Source: Bacillota bacterium
GTDB lineage: Bacteria; Bacillota; Clostridia; Christensenellales; Pumilibacteraceae
Length of the DNA: 64,000 nt
Assembly (NCBI GenBank): GCA_009780135.1
Contig: WRAP01000002.1
Span: 5,840-69,839, forward strand
Direction of reading: 5' to 3'
Each line of letters starts with the position of its first letter. Within the stretch, counting starts at the first letter, position 1. Below are positions 47,561 to 56,227 of the stretch, in pieces. The notes beneath the pieces are model-generated. The model was not told where the DNA came from. It did not search any database and saw only the letters and a list, made by a program, of their open reading frames with translations. The position numbers were made by a program, and so were the translations under genes.

Positions 47561-49069
47561 GTGTTAAAGCTTTTCATCGGTTCAACAGTAGAGGCACTTA
47601 AATACGCAGAAGCCTTGCAGTCAATTCTTGTGCATGATTTTGAGGTAACGATTTGGAATCAAGGTGTGTTTACTCCAGGTTATTCTAATCTCGAAAGTTT
47701 AGTGAGTGCAATTTATGGATTTGATTGTGCTATTTTTTTCTTCACATGCGATGATGTTGTTGCTAAACGAGACAACATACAAAACTCTGTAAGAGATAAT
47801 ATTTTATTTGAATATGGGCTGTTTATGGGTGCACTGGGAAGAGACAGAGTATGGTTCGCTTATGATTTGAATGATGATGTGTCAAACTTGCCCACTGATA
47901 TAGCAGGAGTATGTCCTATGCCTTTTCATTCACATAATAAAAATATTTCTAGCGCGGTTGGTGTTATAGCGACAAATATAAAGCAGAGAGCAGCTTCGTT
48001 TTCTATCAATATTAAAGAGTTCGAAAAGTTAGAAAATGATAAAGATTATAAGAAGTTTATTGAAAGAAAAAATGAATTTTTATTTTATATTAAAAAATTC
48101 ATATCCAAACCAAAGAAAAATGTATTGCTTAATGATTCATTAAAAGATGAAATATATTTTGCAATAGCAGTAGATGTAGATAAGTTTGAAGCCATCAACA
48201 GAATGTACGGAGTCAATACTGGTGATGCAATAATAACTGAGTTAAAAAAGATCTTTAACGAGAGGATGAGATTTTTAAAATGCACCGATATTTTGACGCA
48301 ATGTTTTATTGAATATCATATTGATTTGTTGGACAATGATGAGTTTTTTATAATTTTAAAATTTAATATATCTCAAGAGCCAAAAATAGCTTCATATCGA
48401 ATAGCAGAAAATACATATGAACGCTCAATGACTTTGACCGAAGATTATAATAGGCTTTTAGCTCAACTTAAATCCAATACAAATGAAGATATATGTGAAA
48501 AACCTACAACAAAACATTTAAAGCGCAACTGGGAAGCTCATGGCATATTAGAAGAAATGAATGCTTTTTTGTGCAATGTCATAAATAAGGTCGTCAATAT
48601 AAAAGATGGCGAAATAAAAGATTCAGTACAACACCTAAAAGATTTACTAGAAAAAGCAATGTGTTCTGCTGTGCCTGAGTTGATTGATAAAACTAAAAGC
48701 TATGAAACTTTTTTATTTCATAGTTTAGAATCTATTTATAATCAACGAACTCAAGAGTTATTTGATCTAGTAAAGTCTGTGGCTGACGATTTGATTGGTT
48801 CAGTAGCAAAGTATGACTGGGATCAATATGCAAAAGATTTATATGTAACTTGCTCTAGTGGAATAGCATTAAAAAATGATGATGAGCCCGTAGAGAAATG
48901 GTTATCACGCTCGTTACATGGTGTTAAAATTGCAAAAAAAAATGGAGGAAACCAAACAGAGAGAGCTCCTGTTGAACTTGCATACAACCAGGTTTACACT
49001 TTGGAAAACCATAGTAGTGATTCTAGCTATGTAAGTAAGAGGTTTGTAAGAAACAAAATGAGATTATAA
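47561..49069 (+). CDS. Fusion protein with an N-terminal TIR-like domain (PF10137/COG4271 type) and a C-terminal divergent GGDEF/palm-cyclase-like domain (module gene C)
   Basis: An AGGAG sequence lies 8 nt upstream of GTG 47561. The TIR-like block reads LFIGSTVEALKYAEALQSIL...FDCAIFFFTCDDVV...VRDNILFEYGLFMGALGRDRVWFAY...LPTDIAGV. The GGDEF-like blocks read AIAVDVDKFEAINRMYGVNTGD, LLDNDEFFIIL and VTCSSGIA...HGVKIAKKNGGN. Confidence 0.7.
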   Translation: MLKLFIGSTVEALKYAEALQSILVHDFEVTIWNQGVFTPGYSNLESLVSAIYGFDCAIFFFTCDDVVAKRDNIQNSVRDNILFEYGLFMGALGRDRVWFAYDLNDDVSNLPTDIAGVCPMPFHSHNKNISSAVGVIATNIKQRAASFSINIKEFEKLENDKDYKKFIERKNEFLFYIKKFISKPKKNVLLNDSLKDEIYFAIAVDVDKFEAINRMYGVNTGDAIITELKKIFNERMRFLKCTDILTQCFIEYHIDLLDNDEFFIILKFNISQEPKIASYRIAENTYERSMTLTEDYNRLLAQLKSNTNEDICEKPTTKHLKRNWEAHGILEEMNAFLCNVINKVVNIKDGEIKDSVQHLKDLLEKAMCSAVPELIDKTKSYETFLFHSLESIYNQRTQELFDLVKSVADDLIGSVAKYDWDQYAKDLYVTCSSGIALKNDDEPVEKWLSRSLHGVKIAKKNGGNQTERAPVELAYNQVYTLENHSSDSSYVSKRFVRNKMRL

Positions 49070-49215
49070 TAATTGTGTTTGGCAATTATAAAAAATCAAT
49101 CATTGCGTAAATCTTTTAGTCTTGTAACAAATTGCTTTTTTGTAATAATATAAAATATGACCTAGCTTTTATTTTTTATGCAACAAACTCTTATGTAATT
49201 TTTTCAAAAAGGATG

Positions 49216-49243
49216 TTGACAAATGATTTCTCTGTGTTATAAT
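49216..49243 (+). promoter_or_regulatory. Promoter of the Rhs toxin gene
   Basis: TTGACA at 49216-49221 is followed by a 16-nt spacer and an extended -10, TGTTATAAT, at 49235-49243. It lies ~50 nt upstream of the ATG. Confidence 0.6.
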
Positions 49244-49291
49244 GCTTCTATAAACTCCGCAGAAAGTTGCGGTATAAAAGGAGAAAATATT

Positions 49292-52200
49292 ATGAATACA
49301 AAAGGAAAATCTATTAAGACACAAAGAAGTGTTTATAGGTCTATTATCGCAATACTGATGTCTGCTATTTTGGCATTTGTATTTATGAGCGATACAACTA
49401 GAGCGGTTATTGCTTTAGATCGTGATATAGTAGAAGACGAATTTTTTTGTCGAATATCACATCAAGCACAATTATACCGAGATGAAGTATCTCGTAGACT
49501 AGAAGCAGAGAGTGAAGAAGATCCACATATATTGTTAGAAGATATATCAAGGCGCACTAGCTTTGAACGATATTTCTTTATGAGTGATGGTTCAGTTATG
49601 AGAGAGGAATTTATCGAGCCTATTCACTTTGCTTACGATGAGTATATTTATAGACAAATAGATAACTCCTTTGTAGCAAGATCTGACGAGCGCGGGAACA
49701 GCACGATTGTTAATAGAAGCAATGCTTTTCAGACAGAATTTGCAGTAAATCCAAATGATAATTTGCCACTAGCAGCTATAACAAGCGGTGAACATAGTTT
49801 GCAATTTTTCTCTGCTACTCAAGGCTATACATTAGAAAGACAAAGAACACAAGAAGTGCAAAGAGAAAGTCAATTAGAAAACTCTGAAAGGCAGTCAGAT
49901 AACTTTGTAACCAACGAAATAACTGAAAGGCGAGAATTATCTAATGTCGAAGTAGAGTCTAAATTTATGACAAGCGATGAAGTAACGCTTGATTACGATT
50001 ACAGCAGAGAACGCCGCACTAGTAGTGTTGTAACAGGTAATTTAACAAGTGAACTAAGTTTTTCTAATATAGAACCAAATATAGATAGACGCTTTGAAGT
50101 AACTCAATTTGGAATGAGTGAAAATATAATTATTAACGAAAGGCAAAGGCGATTACAATTTGCATTTGAGTTTGTAATTAGAGCCGAAGGATTGGAGTTA
50201 GTAAATTCTAATAATAGGATTTTAGCATATGACTATATGATGGAAAGAATATTCTATATTCCTACGCCATATATGTTTGATGCTTATGGATATTACAATA
50301 CTTCCGATGTTGTTTATAATTTAGAATATCTTGGCGACTACGAATATAGATTTATAATTACAGCTTGTTCTATGTGGATTAACGCTACCGATAGAGCTTT
50401 TCCAGTACAGATTAGTTCTATGAATGTGCAACCATTGAATGGAATTGTAAATTTTCCTAATTCAAATTTTACTATTATACGAATAAGCGAATTTGATGAC
50501 AGGCGAACAGGTATAGATAATCATGATATTCGTCATAGCACTTTTTATAATAGGCGACTGATGGTTCAATATAGTGCCGGCTTAGCCGTTAGAGGTAATT
50601 TACTGTTTGACATTCACAATACATCATCTAGTAATCGGCAGACAGTTATAGGCAATAGATTACAATACGGTGTATTAAACAATATAAGATTTCACCAACT
50701 ACCACAATCTCCTAACATTTTTAACAGAGAGTTGTTAGGAAATCAAACGGCATTCAATCAACAAATAGAATTCGTTGGAAGCTATATGGCGGTAGTCTTT
50801 AGGCTTGCGGGTTGGCTTACTAGTGCTAGAGATGTAACCTTTAGAAACTTTAGAATAGTGACCTCTAGTCCAACTAAAACAGGTCAACCTATAAATTTTA
50901 GTGGTGATGATTTTAATGTATCTATTGATTCATTGACTCTTGATCAGCGAGCGATAGTACCTTACTTTATACAGCAAGCACCTATCATGCCAATAGAAGT
51001 ATATGGTGTATTTAATCCAGGTTTTACCGCAAGAAGAAATAGTGTTATTGCAAATAATGTGCCTATCACACAGCTTAGACCCCCGCAAATTACTTCCTAT
51101 GGCTTAGACATGAAGTTAAACTTTGAACAATATATGTTGCGACAGTACCTTGGCGGAAGAGTACATTATATTTACATAGATGCGATGGGTGATTTTCATT
51201 TATTTATGAGATTGCGTGATAAGTTTCCTTCATTATCTTACCGATGTGACAATCTATTTAGGTCGAGTACAACAGATTTAATATACGACGGAGCTTTGCT
51301 ACTTGGTAATGAATTGAATAAAGCAATGTTTAGATTTGATGCACGTGGACGATTAGATAGAATTAGAAATAATAATGGGCAAGCAATTTATATATCTCAT
51401 GACGCTAGTGGTAGAATATCTTCAATTCGAAATTATTTTATTATATCCAATTTTTCATTTATGCCTGATAATAGATTGTTTTCTAGCGTAAATCTTAGAT
51501 ACCATCCTACACATGGTCGATTAAACAATATCGGCTTTTCAGGATTAGAAACTTTAGAAACAACAATTGCTTATCATTCATGCGGAAGAGTGCACAATAT
51601 AAACATACCAAGCAGTGCAAAAAATATCAGCTTAACTTATTCGTTTGGTAACTTGTATCATATTACCAACTCCGCAAATGCTAGAAACGGGTTTCTTTTT
51701 ACTAGAAGCAATAATCTGTGGTGGATTAGAGAGCATCATGAAAACTCTAACTCAAAAATGCGAATTGGTAGAGATGAACCAAATAATAGAACTTTTATAT
51801 ACTCTTATGGGCGTCATAATAATAATTTCCAATATACATTACTATATAGGACTTATCATCGTTTTGATGATAGTAATAGACTTGTAGATATACAAACTCG
51901 AAATGAAGGGCTAGATAACATAAACGCATTAACAAGAGAACATATTACAAAAGAGTTTAGAACATCATCGTATACTTATAACGGTATTTCCACCGGAGGT
52001 AGAACCACAAACATAACACGCCATAATTACCGTATGTCTAATGTAAGTGATACGGGTTCTTGGCAGTATATAAGAACATATACTAATACATCGGGTGCTC
52101 TTATACGAAAAATTGTAAGACAAGATATTATATGCAACTTTACTGGAAACATTTTAGAGCAAACGACTCAGAACATAGATGGCTTTAGAAGAATTACCCA

Positions 52201-55015
52201 AAACATACATCGTGATTTAAGAGAAACTATTACTACAACCTATGTGTATGATAGTAATTCTGCTAGACGCCATATATTAACTCGTATAGATACAGCACAA
52301 ACAAATGTTAGTTTCAATCGAGTTCATCGGACATATTTTAGAGACCATAATAAATGGGGATTTCCTGAAGATATTAGACACGGTGAAGTGGTGGGAGCAG
52401 GTTTTAGAGAGCGAGTTTCTGAAAGTTTTGATTTCGACAACTATGGCAATCTTATAAGCCACACAGACACACATCGTGTAACTCATACCTTTGAGTATGA
52501 TTGGCTTGGAGACACTGGTGATGTTGGTATCAGCACTACAGGTACTCATATGGGTATTATAAATGCCTTTACAGGCAATGAAAAAATAGTATTTAATTAT
52601 GATGACTATATGATAACAAGTATAAGCACTCAAGATATGTCCGGTACAATTAGATATACGCATAACATTAACCAAAGTTTTTCTCAAAACAGCAATAGCG
52701 ATATTTTTACTATGGGGTCTGTAACTCATAGAATAAATTATTCCAATGGTAAAGTAGCAAGTATAGCAAGGAATAATGTAAATATGCTTGAATTTGACTA
52801 TACTCCTAAAGGCGATATAGTCGGAATATCATTTGCAAACAACCAAAGAATGGCATATAGCTATAATGCATTTGGGCAAATGACACAAAAAAGAGCCTAT
52901 ACTAACGGAATGGAAACGCAAAGATTTAACTATGGCTATCATAGAAATGGAGAGCTAGGATGGGTAGATTTTACTAGTTATGGTAGAGGTTGGAGCAATA
53001 TTATTAGAAGCTTTAGAAGAATCAGAGAGAATGTAACTGGAAGAGAAAATGTAAGCGAAGTGGATACTATTGGATTAAGCAAAAGATTTAGAGTAACAAC
53101 TGAGATCAATCCCAACAATGATAGTATTGGCTCTACAAGTGGTTCGTTTGTTCCCGTTGCTATAAATTATCAATTTGATAATAGTGCATCCCGTAGATTT
53201 TCTATTTCAAAAGCTAGACAGGCATTTAATAATTCGATTCTTGTAACTGATGCTCTCTTTACAGCAAATTATACTTTTGATACTTTTGGCAGATTAGATA
53301 CTCATAGAAGGCATGTAACGACAGGTAGTTCACAAGTTGGACAAATAAGAAGTGTCCATTATTTTAATGATCGTGTTGATAGAGTTGTAGATGCTCTTCA
53401 TATAAACACCGTTAGTCAAGGAAGTTTTACTACAACTCTGTGGTACGATACAGCCGGCAACATAAGTCATGCGTTTGGAGGCAGGGTAGATAGGAATATA
53501 GCGTTTGGATATAGGCACGGTAGATTAGAGTGGGAAGAATGGGATTGTGCGGCAACAAACACCCGCAGAAGAATTTATTATAAATACGATGCTAATAATA
53601 ATTTAGCCAGAACCTATGAATATAGGATTATTAGCACCACTCAAAGAACTAGAGTTAACGCCCAGCGATTTAACCATAGTGGCGATAGACTTACTGGCAT
53701 TACAAATACTCATAGAACATATTTAAACAAGACAATCCCTCTCAATTCCTATGATGATTTGGGTAATCCTCTAGTATATGGTAATTGGGATATGGCATGG
53801 GTTAGAGGACGACTACTACACACTATGCGCCCTAGAAACGGTCTGGGGAATAGCTGGGAGTTCAGATATGACGAAAATGGTATTAGGTATCGTAAGATAG
53901 AAAGAAATGCTACTAATACTTTAACACAAAATACAACTGATTTCTTTGTGAATGGCACTCAGATTATAGCAGAACACAGTGGCAGATATGGCTTTATTGA
54001 GTATTTTTACGATACTCAAGGTGTATCTGGAATGCGTGTAAGTGGAGTTTTGTCTAGTAGTAATCCTAATGCAAATCAAATAAACAATCGTAATTTTCTT
54101 TTTTTGCGTGATGTGTTTGGTAATGTTGTAGAGATTAGACGGGATTGTGGACTTCTTGTAGCTAGGTACAGCTACGATGCGTGGGGCAATACTAGCATTG
54201 TATACAATAGATACAACATCGGTCATATGAATCCGTTTAGATATAGGGGTAAGTATATGGATAGAGGCACGGGGCTTTACTATTTACAGACTAGATTTTA
54301 TGACCCTGCCATTAGGCGATTTATAAATGCCGATAATTTTATGCTTGTGCCGCATTTGGCACAGAGTATGGAGCTAAATATGCACGCTTATGCTAGGAAT
54401 AATCCTGTTATGTTTACAGACCCTACCGGGCAGTTGGCTATTTCGACATTATTTTTAATTGGAATGGGCGTAGGATTTGCTCTTGGATTCGGTGGAAGTG
54501 TTGTTGTTCAGGGGCTAACAAAAGGATGGGATAGTATATGTTTTTGGACGGCAGGAATAGCTGGCGTGACAGGTGCAATAGGTGGCGGGCTTATGATGAC
54601 AGGACTAGGGGCTGGATGGATGGCACTAGCAATGGCAGGGTTAAGCGGAGTTAATAATGTAGGAAGTCAGCTTCTTTCAGATAAAGATTTTAATGTATGG
54701 CAATTGTTATTTTCCATGGCAGCAGGTGGTGCAGTTGGATGGCTAGGTGGCAGTGGGGTCTTTGCAAAAAAACCGGTTATACAGGCAGCCAACAAACTAG
54801 CCAACCAAAAGAAAAATACTGCAAATGTAATGGCAAATTTAGCTATGAAGAAAAAGCCAGGAACTGCTGCGGCCAAAACAAATTGGTGGCTAAATCTTAG
54901 AACAACACAATTTAATAACGCAGTAACAAGTGCTTTTGGACAGAGTGTGCTACAAAAAACAGGAGCTTCAGCATTTGGATGGGGAGCCAACATAGCGTTT
55001 GGTCATTTAGCATAG
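49292..55015 (+). CDS. Rhs/YD-repeat polymorphic toxin with an N-terminal signal/anchor sequence and a glycine-zipper membrane C-terminal domain
   Basis: The RBS AAAGGAG precedes the start MNTKGKSIK. A hydrophobic signal segment (IIAILMSAILAFVFM) follows. Many YD-type repeats are present (YxYDxxGN/R-like: YSYNAFGQM, WYDTAGNI, YKYDANNNL, YSYDAWGN). The Rhs core end reads PFRYRGKYMDRGTGLYYLQTRFYDPAIRRFINAD...NNPVMFTDPTGQ. Confidence 0.9.
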   Translation: MNTKGKSIKTQRSVYRSIIAILMSAILAFVFMSDTTRAVIALDRDIVEDEFFCRISHQAQLYRDEVSRRLEAESEEDPHILLEDISRRTSFERYFFMSDGSVMREEFIEPIHFAYDEYIYRQIDNSFVARSDERGNSTIVNRSNAFQTEFAVNPNDNLPLAAITSGEHSLQFFSATQGYTLERQRTQEVQRESQLENSERQSDNFVTNEITERRELSNVEVESKFMTSDEVTLDYDYSRERRTSSVVTGNLTSELSFSNIEPNIDRRFEVTQFGMSENIIINERQRRLQFAFEFVIRAEGLELVNSNNRILAYDYMMERIFYIPTPYMFDAYGYYNTSDVVYNLEYLGDYEYRFIITACSMWINATDRAFPVQISSMNVQPLNGIVNFPNSNFTIIRISEFDDRRTGIDNHDIRHSTFYNRRLMVQYSAGLAVRGNLLFDIHNTSSSNRQTVIGNRLQYGVLNNIRFHQLPQSPNIFNRELLGNQTAFNQQIEFVGSYMAVVFRLAGWLTSARDVTFRNFRIVTSSPTKTGQPINFSGDDFNVSIDSLTLDQRAIVPYFIQQAPIMPIEVYGVFNPGFTARRNSVIANNVPITQLRPPQITSYGLDMKLNFEQYMLRQYLGGRVHYIYIDAMGDFHLFMRLRDKFPSLSYRCDNLFRSSTTDLIYDGALLLGNELNKAMFRFDARGRLDRIRNNNGQAIYISHDASGRISSIRNYFIISNFSFMPDNRLFSSVNLRYHPTHGRLNNIGFSGLETLETTIAYHSCGRVHNINIPSSAKNISLTYSFGNLYHITNSANARNGFLFTRSNNLWWIREHHENSNSKMRIGRDEPNNRTFIYSYGRHNNNFQYTLLYRTYHRFDDSNRLVDIQTRNEGLDNINALTREHITKEFRTSSYTYNGISTGGRTTNITRHNYRMSNVSDTGSWQYIRTYTNTSGALIRKIVRQDIICNFTGNILEQTTQNIDGFRRITQNIHRDLRETITTTYVYDSNSARRHILTRIDTAQTNVSFNRVHRTYFRDHNKWGFPEDIRHGEVVGAGFRERVSESFDFDNYGNLISHTDTHRVTHTFEYDWLGDTGDVGISTTGTHMGIINAFTGNEKIVFNYDDYMITSISTQDMSGTIRYTHNINQSFSQNSNSDIFTMGSVTHRINYSNGKVASIARNNVNMLEFDYTPKGDIVGISFANNQRMAYSYNAFGQMTQKRAYTNGMETQRFNYGYHRNGELGWVDFTSYGRGWSNIIRSFRRIRENVTGRENVSEVDTIGLSKRFRVTTEINPNNDSIGSTSGSFVPVAINYQFDNSASRRFSISKARQAFNNSILVTDALFTANYTFDTFGRLDTHRRHVTTGSSQVGQIRSVHYFNDRVDRVVDALHINTVSQGSFTTTLWYDTAGNISHAFGGRVDRNIAFGYRHGRLEWEEWDCAATNTRRRIYYKYDANNNLARTYEYRIISTTQRTRVNAQRFNHSGDRLTGITNTHRTYLNKTIPLNSYDDLGNPLVYGNWDMAWVRGRLLHTMRPRNGLGNSWEFRYDENGIRYRKIERNATNTLTQNTTDFFVNGTQIIAEHSGRYGFIEYFYDTQGVSGMRVSGVLSSSNPNANQINNRNFLFLRDVFGNVVEIRRDCGLLVARYSYDAWGNTSIVYNRYNIGHMNPFRYRGKYMDRGTGLYYLQTRFYDPAIRRFINADNFMLVPHLAQSMELNMHAYARNNPVMFTDPTGQLAISTLFLIGMGVGFALGFGGSVVVQGLTKGWDSICFWTAGIAGVTGAIGGGLMMTGLGAGWMALAMAGLSGVNNVGSQLLSDKDFNVWQLLFSMAAGGAVGWLGGSGVFAKKPVIQAANKLANQKKNTANVMANLAMKKKPGTAAAKTNWWLNLRTTQFNNAVTSAFGQSVLQKTGASAFGWGANIAFGHLA

Positions 55016-55027
55016 GGGGGTATATTG

Positions 55028-55585
55028 ATGAGTATGATAACAACATATACGCTTTTGTCAATGAGTAACCAAATGCCTGCCACCATGACATCAATAATTA
55101 TCACCTCTGTTATTGCTGCAATAATAATGATTGGCTTAATTATATTTTGCATTGTGCAACATAAACGGGTGAGGAGTTCAACATATCCATCATTTCGACA
55201 TAATTTTGAAAGCTATCTTATGGTAGCTACTACAGCGATGTTTCTAGGTTTTGTTATATTGTTTTTTTGCCTAGCTTATGCAGATAATGAAACTGCAACA
55301 TGGTTATCTTTTGTACTTTTTGTTTTAGTGGCTGTAATATCGATATTAGTGACTATAGGAACAAATCTTTTTCGCTTCACATTCTATGAAACCGAGATTC
55401 ACTGGCGTACCTACTTTGGAAAAAAAAGAATCTACACATACAAAGATATTGCAGATTGTTTTAGTGGATATAAACGCGCATTTCTGTTTATCCAAATAGA
55501 GTTTAAGGACGGCAAGAAAAAAGATTTGCGAGCAACAAAAAGACTTGTCGCAGCACTAGAGGATAAAAAAATTAAAATTAGATAA
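55028..55585 (+). CDS. Putative cognate immunity protein, a polytopic membrane protein
   Basis: The gene starts 10 nt after the rhs stop and is preceded by AGGGGGG. Three TM segments are followed by a small cytosolic domain (WRTYFGKKRIYTYKDIADCFSGYKRAFLFIQIEFKDGKKK). Confidence 0.6.
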   Translation: MSMITTYTLLSMSNQMPATMTSIIITSVIAAIIMIGLIIFCIVQHKRVRSSTYPSFRHNFESYLMVATTAMFLGFVILFFCLAYADNETATWLSFVLFVLVAVISILVTIGTNLFRFTFYETEIHWRTYFGKKRIYTYKDIADCFSGYKRAFLFIQIEFKDGKKKDLRATKRLVAALEDKKIKIR

Positions 55586-55660
55586 TCATAAAAATTATAA
55601 CCTAACTCACCACCCTAGCGGCGTTAAAAGATACATCTCATAAGAGTGGGAGGTAAAATT

Positions 55661-56227
55661 ATGAATACACCATTGTATATTAATGATAACATTTCTTCGA
55701 TAACTCCTGTGATAATTATACTTATAGTGGTAGGGAGTATAATCACATTAGGACTTATTCTTCTTATTGTTTATCAATCTAAATCATGCAGAAATAAAGA
55801 AAAACCATCTTTTATGCATTTTGGTTCTGTTATTGTTGCAATAATTACACAGGCTGGACTTCAGGCACCTGCAATTGCTGTTGTTTATTTTCTGGATATA
55901 ACTAATGAGCTTCCATCATTTTTTGTTTTTTTTGTTTTTTGCACTTATGTCAATAGTGGCAACATTAGGTGCTTTTAGCACAAATATATACAAAGTTACT
56001 TTTTAGAAGAGGAAATACATTGGAGAGGTCATTTGGGCAAAAAACGAGTTTACACATACAAAGACATAACCGATTGTTTTTATGGTTATAAAAGCGGAGT
56101 ATTGTTTGTACAAATAGAGTTTGCCGGAAAGAAAAAGGTGGAGTTAATGGCTGCTAAAAGACTTATTGCTGTGTTAAGAGAAAAAAAGATAAAGAAAATA
56201 AACTTACCAACATTTGCTAAACACTAA
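55661..56227 (+). pseudogene. Decayed paralogue of the immunity-like gene
   Basis: Track ORFs 55646-55978 and 56033-56227 together cover one homologue of the 55028 gene. Compare GKKRVYTYKDITDCFYGYKSGVLFVQIEFAGKKK with GKKRIYTYKDIADCFSGYKRAFLFIQIEFKDGKKK. The paralogue is broken by a frame change in a T-run near 55920-55945. A TAG also replaces the Tyr of FTFYETEIHWR. Confidence 0.7.

Noticed and set aside
51645-52729. Internal ORFs (51645-51887 plus strand, 52277-52729 minus strand, and others) lie inside the rhs gene.
   Set aside because: They sit entirely within a long, motif-supported Rhs reading frame. They have no starts with an RBS and are chance frames.
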